Assembly: GCA_017937385.1 (NCBI GenBank)
Contig: JAGBDR010000009.1
Coordinates: 107,721-171,720 of the forward strand
DNA: 64,000 bases
Direction of reading: 5' to 3'
Source: Parabacteroides sp.
GTDB lineage: Bacteria; Bacteroidota; Bacteroidia; Bacteroidales; Tannerellaceae
Positions within the stretch are counted from its first letter, which is position 1. Every line of letters starts with the position of its first letter. Positions 18,860 to 28,673 of this stretch are shown in pieces. A program made the position numbers and the translations under genes. The notes beneath the pieces are model-generated. The model was not told where the DNA came from. It saw only the letters and a program-made list of their open reading frames with translations, and made no database searches.

Positions 18860-20305
18860 ATGGGAAATCCAAAAGCATTCCTCACCATACACCGGCAAGA
18901 AGCCGGCTATCGCCCCGTCCACGAACGGATCGACGACTTCAGCGAAGTCGAACAAACGCTCAACAGCAGCGACCGCCGCACGCAGGCCTCCCGTTGCATG
19001 GACTGCGGCGTACCCTTCTGCCACTGGGCCTGTCCGTTGGGCAACAAACAACCCGAATGGCAAGACCTGCTCTACAAAGGCAAATGGCGCGAAGCCTTCC
19101 ACATACTGGAACAGACCTGCGACTTTCCGGAGTTTACCGGACGCATCTGCCCCGCCCTCTGCGAGAAGAGCTGTGTACTGAAATTGAGTTGCGACGAACC
19201 TGTCACGATACGCGAGAACGAAGCGGCCATCGTGGAAGCGGCTTTCCGCGAAGGATACATCCAACCGGTCCGCCCCGTCCGCAACGGCAAGCGGGTGGCC
19301 GTGATCGGAAGCGGTCCTGCCGGATTGGCAGCCGCGAACCAACTGAACCGCCGGGGCTATGAAGTGACGGTATTCGAAAAATACGAACTGCCGGGTGGCC
19401 TGCTCCGGTTCGGTATTCCGAACTTCAAATTAGGGAAGAACATCATCGACCGGCGCATCCGGCTGATGGAACAGGAAGGAATCATCTTCAAGGTCAACAC
19501 GCTGGTCGGAAGCGACGTATCGGCCAAAGAAATCGTTTCGACATTCGATGCCGTCTGTGTCGCCATCGGTTCCGAAGTGCCGCGCGACCTCCCCATCGAA
19601 GGGCGTAACCTGAAAGGGGTTCATTTCGCCCTCGACCTGTTGTCGCAACAGAACCGCCTCCTCGAAGGCATCGCCATCCCGCCCCAAAGTATCATCGACT
19701 GCAAGGGAAAGAAAGTACTCGTCATCGGTGGCGGCGACACGGGAAGCGATTGTGTCGGGACCGCCAACCGCCACAAAGCGACAAGCGTGACACAAATCGA
19801 GATCATGCCCCAGCCGCCCATCGGACAGAACCCGGCAACTCCCTGGCCTCTGTACCCGCAAGTGCTGAAAACGAGCAGCAGCCACGAAGAGGGATGCGTC
19901 CGTCGTTGGAACTTAGCCTCCGTCCGTTTTGTAGGCGACAAGAACACGTTGAAAGGCGTCGAAGTCGAAGAGGTGGAATGGCTGCCGGCTCTGGAAGGAG
20001 AACGGCCGGAAATGCGCAGGAGCGGACGCACGGAGGTGATCGAAGCCGACCTCGTGTTTCTCGCGATGGGTTTCATCCACCCCGAACAGGAAGGCCTCAT
20101 CAAAGAACTGTCCCTCGCTACCGACGCACGCGGCAACATCGCCGTCGATCCGGCCACCAACCGGATAGCCGGCACCAACATCTTCGCCGCAGGCGATGCC
20201 ATCAGCGGAGCCAGCCTCGTCGTCCGCGCCATGGCCTCCGGCCGCAAGACAGCCGTCGCCATCGACGTGGCAATTGGCAATGGACAATTGAAAATTGAAA
20301 ATTAA
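18860..20305 (+). CDS. gltD: Glutamate synthase small subunit
   Basis: MGNPKAF start, CMDCGVPFCHWACP, GSGPAGL, IGGGDTGSDC, FAAGDA; the ORF-track 5' extension (18671) only reads through the repeat array. Confidence 0.96.
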   Translation: MGNPKAFLTIHRQEAGYRPVHERIDDFSEVEQTLNSSDRRTQASRCMDCGVPFCHWACPLGNKQPEWQDLLYKGKWREAFHILEQTCDFPEFTGRICPALCEKSCVLKLSCDEPVTIRENEAAIVEAAFREGYIQPVRPVRNGKRVAVIGSGPAGLAAANQLNRRGYEVTVFEKYELPGGLLRFGIPNFKLGKNIIDRRIRLMEQEGIIFKVNTLVGSDVSAKEIVSTFDAVCVAIGSEVPRDLPIEGRNLKGVHFALDLLSQQNRLLEGIAIPPQSIIDCKGKKVLVIGGGDTGSDCVGTANRHKATSVTQIEIMPQPPIGQNPATPWPLYPQVLKTSSSHEEGCVRRWNLASVRFVGDKNTLKGVEVEEVEWLPALEGERPEMRRSGRTEVIEADLVFLAMGFIHPEQEGLIKELSLATDARGNIAVDPATNRIAGTNIFAAGDAISGASLVVRAMASGRKTAVAIDVAIGNGQLKIEN

Positions 20306-20385
20306 AAAAGATAAGAGAAACAAAGAAACAAACAATATGTTCAACCCCCCAATTGTCAATTGTCCATTGTCAATTGTCAATTGAA
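20272..20385. repeat. Inverted pair of 7-bp tandem tracts spanning the gltD stop and asnB leader
   Basis: AATTGGC AATGGAC AATTGAA AATTGAA AATTAA (20272-20305) versus AATTGTC AATTGTC CATTGTC AATTGTC AATTGAA (20351-20385). Confidence 0.85.
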
Positions 20386-20400
20386 AAAATCCTTTTTCCC

Positions 20401-22068
20401 ATGTGTGGTATAACAGCAATCTTCAACATCCATAGCGACAGCGCTGCCGACCTTCGTCAGCAAGCCCTGAAAATGAGTAAACGCATCCGTCATCGCGGTC
20501 CGGACTGGAGCGGCATCTATCAAGGCAAGACCGCCATTCTCGCCCACGAACGCCTTTCCATCGTCGACCCGGCATCCGGCGGGCAACCGTTGAAAAGCAA
20601 GGACGGCAAACTGATCCTCACCGTCAACGGCGAGATATACAACCACCGCGAACTCCGTGAACAGTTGAAAGACGAATATGAATTCCAGACCGGAAGCGAC
20701 TGCGAAGTGATCCTCGCGCTCTATCGCAAGTATGGCGTGGGATGCGTGGAAAAACTGAGCGGTATCTTCGGATTCGCCCTCTACGACGAAGCGAACGACT
20801 GTTACCTGATCGCCCGCGACCCGATCGGTGTCATACCTTTATATATCGGGCACGATGATGAAGGACATCTCCTCGTCTCGTCCGAACTGAAAGGGCTCGA
20901 AGGATTCGCCGCCACTTACGCCCCGTTTCCTCCCGGACACTATTTCTACAGCCGCGACAAGGATTTCACCCGGTGGTACGTCCGCGACTGGATGCAATAT
21001 GAAAACGTGAAGGACAATCCCGCCCGTGTAGAGGAGCTGCACGACGCCCTCGAAGCCGCCGTACGCCGCCAACTGATGAGTGATGTGCCCTACGGCGTAC
21101 TCCTTTCCGGAGGCTTGGATTCTTCCATCACCTCTGCCATCGCCAAGAAATACGCCGCCAAGCGTATCGAAACCGAAGGGAAAGCGGATGCGTGGTGGCC
21201 TCAACTGCACTCTTTTGCCGTCGGTCTCAAAGGCGCACCCGACTTGGCAGCCGCCCGGAAAGTGGCCGAACATCTCGGCACCGTCCACCACGAGATCCAC
21301 TACACGATCGAGGAAGGACTCGATGCCATCCGCGACGTGATCTACTACATCGAGACCTACGATGTGACGACCGTCCGTGCCTCCACCCCGATGTACCTGT
21401 TGGCCCGTGTTATCAAGTCGATGGGTATCAAGATGGTGCTGAGCGGAGAAGGGGCGGATGAAGTGTTCGGTGGTTACCTTTATTTCCACAAAGCTCCGGA
21501 TGCGAAGGCATTCCACGAAGAGACTGTCCGCAAACTGAGCAAGCTCTATCTGTACGACTGCCTCCGGGCGAACAAGAGCCTGTGCGCCTGGGGAGTGGAA
21601 GGGCGCGTTCCATTCCTCGACAAAGAGTTCCTCGATGTTGCCATGCACCTCAATCCTGAAGCCAAGATGTGTCCCGGCAGCATGATCGAGAAGAAAATCC
21701 TCCGCGAAACCTTTGCCGATATGCTTCCCCCGGAAATCGCCTGGCGGCAGAAGGAACAGTTTTCCGACGGTGTCGGCTACAGTTGGATCGACACGCTGAA
21801 GAGAGTGACCGCAGAAGCCGTCAGCGATGCCGAAATGGCGAATGCCGCCCAGCGCTTCCCGATCAACACGCCTCAAAACAAAGAAGAATACTTCTACCGC
21901 ACCATCTTTGAAGAACATTTCCCCAGCGAAAGCGCGGCCCGTAGCGTGCCGAGCGTACCGAGCGTCGCCTGCTCCACCGCAGAAGCCCTTGCCTGGGATG
22001 CCTCCTTCAAGAACCTGAACGATCCCAGCGGACGGGCGGTAAAGGGGGTACACGAAGCAGCATACTAA
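20401..22068 (+). CDS. asnB: Asparagine synthase B (glutamine-hydrolysing)
   Basis: MCGI start at 20401, RHRGPDWSG, HERLSIVD, NGEIYNH, LLSGGLDSS, SGEGADE, WRQKEQFSDGVG. Confidence 0.97.
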   Translation: MCGITAIFNIHSDSAADLRQQALKMSKRIRHRGPDWSGIYQGKTAILAHERLSIVDPASGGQPLKSKDGKLILTVNGEIYNHRELREQLKDEYEFQTGSDCEVILALYRKYGVGCVEKLSGIFGFALYDEANDCYLIARDPIGVIPLYIGHDDEGHLLVSSELKGLEGFAATYAPFPPGHYFYSRDKDFTRWYVRDWMQYENVKDNPARVEELHDALEAAVRRQLMSDVPYGVLLSGGLDSSITSAIAKKYAAKRIETEGKADAWWPQLHSFAVGLKGAPDLAAARKVAEHLGTVHHEIHYTIEEGLDAIRDVIYYIETYDVTTVRASTPMYLLARVIKSMGIKMVLSGEGADEVFGGYLYFHKAPDAKAFHEETVRKLSKLYLYDCLRANKSLCAWGVEGRVPFLDKEFLDVAMHLNPEAKMCPGSMIEKKILRETFADMLPPEIAWRQKEQFSDGVGYSWIDTLKRVTAEAVSDAEMANAAQRFPINTPQNKEEYFYRTIFEEHFPSESAARSVPSVPSVACSTAEALAWDASFKNLNDPSGRAVKGVHEAAY

Positions 22069-22077
22069 CGAATCGAC

Positions 22078-22116
22078 AATGGGGAAAGAACGACACTTAG
22101 CCGTCCTTTCCCCATT
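22078..22116. terminator. Bidirectional terminator between convergent asnB and OmpA genes
   Basis: AATGGGGAAAG...CTTTCCCCATT stem. Confidence 0.7.
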
Positions 22117-22170
22117 TACCTGTCAGATGTCCGATCGTCGTCGGACATACCTCGTTTATAATCCCTGTTC

Positions 22171-22872
22171 TTATCGCAATGTCCCTTGCTGTGCTTCCTG
22201 AACCATCTTCTCGCTGGGCAGGATGATGATCTCGACACGGCGGTTCTGGGCACGTCCTGCTTCTGTACTATTGTCGGCAACCGGTTCATGAACGCCTTTG
22301 CCTTCATAAGCCATACGTTTGCTGCTCACACCTTGATCTTCCATCAAATAGTCGAAGACGCTCTTGGCACGCTTTTCAGACAAGGTCTGGTTATAATCCA
22401 CCCGGCCAGTATTATCGGTATGCCCGATAATCTTGATATCCGTATCAGGATTTGCTTCCAGACTCGATGCCAACGCACGAAGTGCGCTTTTGGAAGCAGG
22501 GCTGACTGTACTGGAATTGACTGCAAACAAAATACCGGAATCAAAAGTCACCTTCAGTGCTTCCCCGTCATTGATTGTCTCGACCGTTACGGATTCTTCC
22601 TCCGGCAAGGAGGCTTCCAGTTCCTTTTCCAATTCTTTCTTCTGTTTGTCCATCTTCTTTCCAATCAAGGCACCCGCAGTTCCCCCTACGGCAGCACCGA
22701 TGATCGAACCTAACGCGGTATTACCGGCCAAAGCACCGACTCCAGCGCCGACAGCCGCACCTCCGCCAACCCCGATAGCGGTTCCCTTGGCGGTATTGTT
22801 CCATGTTCCACAACTCGTAAAAACAACTGCCATACAAAGCAGTAAAACCGATAATAACTTAAAATTTTTCAT
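22171..22872 (-). CDS. OmpA-family lipoprotein with glycine-zipper
   Basis: Lipobox VFTSC, GxxxG zipper, GHTDNTG...YNQTLSEKRA...NRRVEI. Confidence 0.92.
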   Translation of the reverse strand: MKNFKLLSVLLLCMAVVFTSCGTWNNTAKGTAIGVGGGAAVGAGVGALAGNTALGSIIGAAVGGTAGALIGKKMDKQKKELEKELEASLPEEESVTVETINDGEALKVTFDSGILFAVNSSTVSPASKSALRALASSLEANPDTDIKIIGHTDNTGRVDYNQTLSEKRAKSVFDYLMEDQGVSSKRMAYEGKGVHEPVADNSTEAGRAQNRRVEIIILPSEKMVQEAQQGTLR

Positions 22873-22917
22873 CTTCTTATTCTTTTATAAACTACATTGT
22901 AACTATACAACAGTCTA

Positions 22918-23244
22918 CTAATCGAACATGTTGATGGAATCGCAATATTCAAGTTCTCCTTGCACGATAAATGTAATCTCTTCAGACGAGAACTTGCCGA
23001 CACCGTCTTTCTGCGCATTCTTGACAACAAACCCGATCAATTCATCTTCATCAATATCAATTTCAGCATTGTCATCGGAATTTTCATCTAAGAAACCCTT
23101 TGACTCATAAAACTCATAAATCAGGTCTACAATATAATTAATATCGTCATTACTGAATTTTCCTTTCAATTCCTGGGGAAGATAGTTCTGGATAAATGCT
23201 ACAGAATCGTCTTCATCGTAAATCAAATCGTCTTTTTCACTCAT
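22918..23244 (-). CDS. Acidic hypothetical protein
   Basis: 108-aa ORF with its own -7 box (TATGTTTG, minus strand, 23274-23281); no family recognised. Confidence 0.75.
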   Translation of the reverse strand: MSEKDDLIYDEDDSVAFIQNYLPQELKGKFSNDDINYIVDLIYEFYESKGFLDENSDDNAEIDIDEDELIGFVVKNAQKDGVGKFSSEEITFIVQGELEYCDSINMFD

Positions 23245-23362
23245 ATCTTTTAAATTTTAGTTGATAGTGGTTGCAAACATAAACAAAAATATCCGTTATC
23301 CATGCAGGCACCTGTAAAAAACGCCAATATATATTACATTTGTACCCCAAATTCTACAAAAC

Positions 23363-24295
23363 ATGAATGCAAAGGTAAAAGGATATTTCTTAGGAGCGAT
23401 CGCTGCTGCGACTTACGGGACAAACCCTTTGTTTGCCCTTCCATTGTATAAAGACGGAATGGATCCTGATTCGGTTCTCTTTTTCAGGTACTTGTTTGCA
23501 ATTCCCATACTCGGCATGATGATCAAAGGCAGAGGAAGAAGTTTCAAAGTAGAACATAAGGCTGTGATTCCGCTGATTGCCATGGGCCTGTTGGTCGCCT
23601 TTTCTTCGCTTGCCTTATTCCAAAGTTACAACTATATGGAGGTCGGGATTGCCTCAACCCTTCTTTTCGTTTACCCGATTCTGGTCGCACTCATCATGGC
23701 ATTCGTATTCAAGGAAAGACTAACCTTCCAAACAGTCTTTTGCATCCTACTGGCCCTGGCAGGCATCGGCTTGCTCTACAAGAACGGAGATGGCACGACG
23801 CTCAGTCTTACCGGAATCCTATTGGTTATGGCTTCGGCCCTCTCCTATGCGATCTATATAATAGGTGTAAACCGGTCGACACTGAAAACCGTAGCTACGC
23901 TTCCGCTGACTTTCTATATACTGCTTTTCGGTGCATCCCTGTTCTTAGTCCGTGTAGGATTCGGAAAAGACCTTTATATCGTAGACAAATGGTACCTATG
24001 GGGAAATTTGGCTGCACTCGCCGTCTTCCCTACCGCCATCTCATTCCTCTGCACCACCAGTTCCGTACAGTATATCGGTTCGACACCGACCGCCATATTA
24101 GGTGCACCTGAACCGGTCACAGCCGTATTTTTCGGAGTTGCGGTATTTGGAGAATCCTTGACACCAAGGATCGGTTGCGGCATATTACTGATCATTTTAG
24201 CTGTCACAATCATCATTGCAGGCAGCAACATAACAAGTCATTTGATCCGTTTCAGAAAGCTCTTTCCCCGGTTGCCAATCAAAAGAAAACGGTAG
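23363..24295 (+). CDS. EamA/DMT-family transporter
   Basis: Ten TM segments in two EamA repeats; TACATTTG -7 box at 23335-23342. Confidence 0.88.
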   Translation: MNAKVKGYFLGAIAAATYGTNPLFALPLYKDGMDPDSVLFFRYLFAIPILGMMIKGRGRSFKVEHKAVIPLIAMGLLVAFSSLALFQSYNYMEVGIASTLLFVYPILVALIMAFVFKERLTFQTVFCILLALAGIGLLYKNGDGTTLSLTGILLVMASALSYAIYIIGVNRSTLKTVATLPLTFYILLFGASLFLVRVGFGKDLYIVDKWYLWGNLAALAVFPTAISFLCTTSSVQYIGSTPTAILGAPEPVTAVFFGVAVFGESLTPRIGCGILLIILAVTIIIAGSNITSHLIRFRKLFPRLPIKRKR

Positions 24296-24389
24296 ACAAC
24301 CTCTCTTTTTTCAAAAAAACCCGCCGCAATCGGTTGCAGTATTCGAAGAAAGGAGTAAATTTGCACATTGAAAATAAAAATGATTAGAA

Positions 24390-25409
24390 ATGATCAATAA
24401 GATTAACGCACTGCTTAAGGAAATAGAGAACCTGAAAGCGGCAAACGCAGAAGAGCTGGAAGCATTACGCATTAAATACCTCAGCAAAAAAGGCGAAATA
24501 TCTTTGCTGATGAACGATTTCCGCAACGTAGCGGCAGACCAGAAGCGTGAAGTCGGCCAGCACCTCAACAAGCTGAAAGAGGCAACTCAAAATAGAATAA
24601 ACGAACTGAAAGCCGGTTTCGAGAATGTACAGATGACAAACGATGACATCGACCTCACCCGTACAGCTTATCCTATTGAGTTAGGCACCCGCCATCCGCT
24701 TTCACTCGTAAAGAAAGAAATCTGCGACATCTTCGGACGTTTGGGATTCAGCATTGCTGAAGGACCGGAAATCGAAGACGATTGGCATGTGTTCTCTTCT
24801 CTAAACTTTGCAGAAGACCATCCTGCCCGTGACATGCAGGATACTTTCTTTATCCAACATAATCCGGACGTATTACTCCGGACACATACTTCTTCCGTAC
24901 AGACGCGTGTCATGGAGAACCAAGAGCCTCCTATCCGCATCATCTGTCCGGGACGTGTCTATCGCAACGAAGCGATCTCCTATCGCGCACACTGTTTCTT
25001 CCATCAGGTAGAAGCCTTGTATGTAGACAAAAATGTTTCTTTCGCCGACTTGAAACAGGCATTGTTGTTCTTCGCCAAAGAAATGTTCAGCGCAGACACG
25101 AAAATCCGTTTGCGTCCATCTTATTTCCCGTTCACCGAACCTTCCGCCGAAATGGATATTTCCTGTAACATCTGTGGAGGAAAAGGTTGCCCGTTCTGTA
25201 AAGGGACCGGTTGGGTGGAAATCCTCGGTTGCGGTATGGTAGACCCGAATGTACTTGAAAACTGCGGTATCGACAGCAAAGTATATTCCGGCTATGCGTT
25301 AGGAATGGGTATCGAACGTATAACAAACCTGAAATACCAAGTAAAAGACTTGCGCATGTTCTCTGAAAACGATATCCGTTTCCTGAGACAGTTCGAGTCA
25401 GCCAATTAG
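24390..25409 (+). CDS. pheS: Phenylalanine-tRNA ligase alpha subunit
   Basis: HPARDMQDTF, LLRTHTSSVQ, PGRVYR, FRPSYFPFTEPS-like, GWVEILGCGMV; TAAATTTG -7 box at 24356-24363. Confidence 0.98.
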   Translation: MINKINALLKEIENLKAANAEELEALRIKYLSKKGEISLLMNDFRNVAADQKREVGQHLNKLKEATQNRINELKAGFENVQMTNDDIDLTRTAYPIELGTRHPLSLVKKEICDIFGRLGFSIAEGPEIEDDWHVFSSLNFAEDHPARDMQDTFFIQHNPDVLLRTHTSSVQTRVMENQEPPIRIICPGRVYRNEAISYRAHCFFHQVEALYVDKNVSFADLKQALLFFAKEMFSADTKIRLRPSYFPFTEPSAEMDISCNICGGKGCPFCKGTGWVEILGCGMVDPNVLENCGIDSKVYSGYALGMGIERITNLKYQVKDLRMFSENDIRFLRQFESAN

Positions 25410-25491
25410 TAGTTGAGAACCTAAATCATTTACCATCTTCCCCGGGTCCTTTAACCAGCCCGGGGAAAAACACACTAAAAATAGAAATGGT

Positions 25492-25878
25492 ATGATAAAG
25501 GTCTTACTACTTATAACAGGAGGAGCAATCGGCACAGTATTCCGCTTCGGAGTTTCCACGTGGATACAGCGTTCGATGCTACACTCCTTCCCTTTCGGGA
25601 TACTTTCGGTCAATGTGATCGGCTCTTTTCTGATCGGCTTTTGCTGGAGCATAGCCGAAACGTGTAATTTCTCTGCAGGCGCAAGAGCATTTCTTTTTAC
25701 CGGACTGTTCGGCGGATTTACCACATTCTCTTCGTTTGCATTAGATACGATGTCGCTGATGAGGACAGGCGAATACAAATGGGCATTCTTGAATCTGATC
25801 GCCAGCAATATATTAGGATTGTTAGCCGTATTCTTAGGACTGCTTCTTGGTAAGAATTTCATGTCGTTAATAAAATAA
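25492..25878 (+). CDS. crcB: Fluoride channel Fluc/CrcB
   Basis: GGAIG, FPFGIL.VN..GSF, TGLFGGFTTFSSF. Confidence 0.93.
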   Translation: MIKVLLLITGGAIGTVFRFGVSTWIQRSMLHSFPFGILSVNVIGSFLIGFCWSIAETCNFSAGARAFLFTGLFGGFTTFSSFALDTMSLMRTGEYKWAFLNLIASNILGLLAVFLGLLLGKNFMSLIK

Positions 25879-25881
25879 GGT

Positions 25882-26526
25882 ATGCGTAAAGAAGAACGAT
25901 ATAAAGGAGTATTGAACTGGTTCAACGAGCATGTACCGGTTGCCGAAACGGAGTTGCATTACGACAATCCGTATCAGTTGCTTATCGCCGTGATCCTGTC
26001 TGCCCAATGCACCGACAAACGGGTGAATATGATTACTCCTGCCCTTTTCCGGGATTTTCCGACACCCGAAGTCATGGCGGCTTCCACACCGGAAGTTATT
26101 TTCGAATATATCCGGAGTGTCTCTTATCCCAACAACAAATCGAAACATTTAGTCGGCATGGCGAAAAAGCTGATGTCCGATTTCGGCGGCATTGTGCCAT
26201 CCGATATCGATGAGTTGCAAAAACTGCCCGGCGTAGGCCGCAAAACAGCAAACGTTATTGCCTCAGTCGTCTACAACAAGCCTGCAATGGCGGTCGACAC
26301 CCACGTGTTCCGTGTAGCCAACCGCATCGGACTGACAAACAACAGTAAAACTCCACTGGAAACGGAAAAGGAACTGGTGAAACACATCCCGGAGGAACAA
26401 ATCCCAATCGCCCACCACTGGCTGATCCTGCACGGACGTTACATTTGCATCGCCCGCAAGCCTAAATGTGAGGAATGTGGCCTCAAACCCTGGTGTAAAT
26501 ATTTCCTGAGTCCCCAGAAAACATAA
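25882..26526 (+). CDS. nth: Endonuclease III
   Basis: LSAQCTDKRVN, LPGVGRKTAN HhH, VDTHV, CIARKPKCEEC Fe-S. Confidence 0.97.
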   Translation: MRKEERYKGVLNWFNEHVPVAETELHYDNPYQLLIAVILSAQCTDKRVNMITPALFRDFPTPEVMAASTPEVIFEYIRSVSYPNNKSKHLVGMAKKLMSDFGGIVPSDIDELQKLPGVGRKTANVIASVVYNKPAMAVDTHVFRVANRIGLTNNSKTPLETEKELVKHIPEEQIPIAHHWLILHGRYICIARKPKCEECGLKPWCKYFLSPQKT

Positions 26527-26531
26527 CGGCA

Positions 26532-27431
26532 ATGAAAGCTGACAAGCGGGAAATAGTAACATTCGTTATAGCTGCTCTCGCTACGCTGGTGGCAGTCTGG
26601 TTCTTTTTAGGCAACATGCAAAAAGAGAAAGAGACGGTGCGGACTGATCTATATGCATTCGTTGCCCCGGCATCAGATGCGGTCCTGAGTGTAAACCGAC
26701 CTGCCGCTTTCGCCCACTATATCCTATCCCGGAAACCGGAACGGGAGGCTTTCGCTTCGAAAATTCCGGATATCTACCTTTCCATCATTCAAAACAACCG
26801 GAATCTCCCGTGGTTGCTCCTATCGTTTCATCCACAAGGAGTCGTTCTATATGCAAAAGCGGAAAACAATCTCGCCGGCCGGATAGAGCAGAACACCTTG
26901 CAAAAGGTATTCGGTTCGTTCGCTCCACAAAAGCAACAAAAGGACGGCATCACTTTCATCTATTACCCGGATATTGGGAACCGCTTTTTCGGTTATTACC
27001 AACACGATGGCGTATGGGTGGCAAGTTACAGCAAGAAACTGCTTGAAGAAGTCGCCCAAATCCAACGGAACCAGCAAAGCTATTTGCTTCCCGACCAAGA
27101 CCGCTTGCGCAAGTCGTTCGACAAGAACGCCCCGTTGAATCTGATGGTACAAGCGGATAGCCTCGACCTCTACATTTCCCTCTCCGATTCGACCGAATGG
27201 CGTATCCGGAAAGGTTGGTTGGGTGCCGACCTTTTCCTGAACGAAAACCACCTTTGCTATTTCTGCAACCTCCCTTATGATCCGGCCACCGACAGCTTAT
27301 ACACCTCTTTAGGCGATACCCTGGCGTTACGGCTGGAGCAAGCCTTTCCGCAATTCCACGTGTCCAACCAGACGACACAGGAGAATGGCCGGGTGTTCTA
27401 CACGGGATGTTTCGTGGCTAAAGAACAATAG
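26532..27431 (+). CDS. Membrane-anchored hypothetical protein
   Basis: 299-aa ORF with one N-terminal TM helix; cotranscribed with nth. Confidence 0.75.
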   Translation: MKADKREIVTFVIAALATLVAVWFFLGNMQKEKETVRTDLYAFVAPASDAVLSVNRPAAFAHYILSRKPEREAFASKIPDIYLSIIQNNRNLPWLLLSFHPQGVVLYAKAENNLAGRIEQNTLQKVFGSFAPQKQQKDGITFIYYPDIGNRFFGYYQHDGVWVASYSKKLLEEVAQIQRNQQSYLLPDQDRLRKSFDKNAPLNLMVQADSLDLYISLSDSTEWRIRKGWLGADLFLNENHLCYFCNLPYDPATDSLYTSLGDTLALRLEQAFPQFHVSNQTTQENGRVFYTGCFVAKEQ

Positions 27432-27533
27432 AAAAGGAATAGACCGGAATTTTCATGAAATATCGGCTGAAGGTGCCCATTTTACAAGAAATTGCCTACT
27501 TTTGCAGTTATTCATCACCTAAACTAAATTAGT

Positions 27534-27791
27534 ATGCCACAAATCAGTGTTTTTTACGGAATCATTATCCTGATGAACTTTACAGACCATGCACCGGCCC
27601 ATTTCCATGCTTGGTATAATGAATACAAAGTAATCGTCAGCATCAAGGAAGGAATTGTAAAAGGCGAAATGCCGGGAAGGGCACTCAAAATGATTCTTGA
27701 ATGGCTGGAACAGCATAGGGAAGAACTAATGGAAAACTGGGAAAACGCCCAAAACGGCGACCCGCTAAAAAAGATTGCACCTTTAAATTAA
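27534..27791 (+). CDS. DUF4160-family protein (putative toxin)
   Basis: MPQIS.FYGI.I.M...DH.PAHFHA.Y pattern; own -7 box TACTTTTG at 27497-27504. Confidence 0.8.
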   Translation: MPQISVFYGIIILMNFTDHAPAHFHAWYNEYKVIVSIKEGIVKGEMPGRALKMILEWLEQHREELMENWENAQNGDPLKKIAPLN

Positions 27792-27800
27792 GAGACAAAT

Positions 27801-28040
27801 ATGTTTACAGAAGTAGTAAAAGCCGAATATGTGGACGGATACCGCATCCGGCTATGGTTCAACAACCACGTGACGAAAGTCGTAGACTTGCAGGCTTCGC
27901 TGAAAGGCAAGATATTCGAACCGTTAAAAGACTTGAAAGTCTTCAAGCGGTTCACCATCAAGTATAACACGATAGAATGGGAAAACGGGGCAGACTTTGC
28001 ACCGGAATATTTGCTTTCATTACCGGAAATCAAGTGTTGA
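27801..28040 (+). CDS. DUF2442-family protein (putative antitoxin)
   Basis: Y.I.LWFNN...KVVDL...F..F.I..NTIEWENGADFAPEYL pattern. Confidence 0.8.
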   Translation: MFTEVVKAEYVDGYRIRLWFNNHVTKVVDLQASLKGKIFEPLKDLKVFKRFTIKYNTIEWENGADFAPEYLLSLPEIKC

Positions 28041-28055
28041 AGTGAGAGTCTACAA

Positions 28056-28520
28056 TCACAACAACTCCCTCAACATCCGCAACGCCGCCTCCGCCGCCAG
28101 CCGGATGTTCTCCCCGCGCTCCGTCCCGAAATGGTAGCATTCGGACACGACCTTGTCTTTCAGAGCGGCGGCAATCCAGACGGTCCCGACCGGCTTTTCC
28201 GGCGTACCGCCGCCGGGACCGGCTACGCCCGATGTGGCAACCGCACAGTCGCAGCCCAACACCCAGATCGCTCCCACCGCCATCTGCTCGACGACCGGGC
28301 GGCTGACGGCTCCGAACTGTGCCAAGCTCTCTTCCGAAACGCCCAAGACCTGTTGTTTCACTTCATTGCTGTAAGAAACGACTCCCCCGCAAAAGTAATC
28401 GGAGCTGCCGGCCACACGGGTTATCAGATGTGCGATGTATCCGCCGGTACAACTTTCAGCCGTTCCCATCGTCAAGTGGCGGGAACGAAGTAGCCCGCCT
28501 ATTTCTTCTTCTATCTTCAT
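28056..28520 (-). CDS. CinA C-terminal domain / NMN amidohydrolase (PncC)
   Basis: TAESCTGG, GSSDYF, GAVS, SGVAGPGGGTPEKPVGTVW. Confidence 0.92.
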   Translation of the reverse strand: MKIEEEIGGLLRSRHLTMGTAESCTGGYIAHLITRVAGSSDYFCGGVVSYSNEVKQQVLGVSEESLAQFGAVSRPVVEQMAVGAIWVLGCDCAVATSGVAGPGGGTPEKPVGTVWIAAALKDKVVSECYHFGTERGENIRLAAEAALRMLRELL

Positions 28521-28583
28521 ATTGATTTTCCTTTTTCTATTCGATCATCCCAAAAAGTTTCCCCTTAAGAGAAACCCAAATTC

Positions 28584-28662
28584 CATAACGAGGGAACTTG
28601 AGTTCCATAGGCATGAAACTTGAGTCCCATGCCCATGAGATTCGAGTCCCATGCCCATGGAA
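28584..28662. repeat. 22-bp-period CATGCCCATG array
   Basis: Cores at 28606 (CATAGGCATG), 28628, 28650, with a degenerate copy at 28584. Confidence 0.8.
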
Positions 28663-28673
28663 TATCCGCCGCG

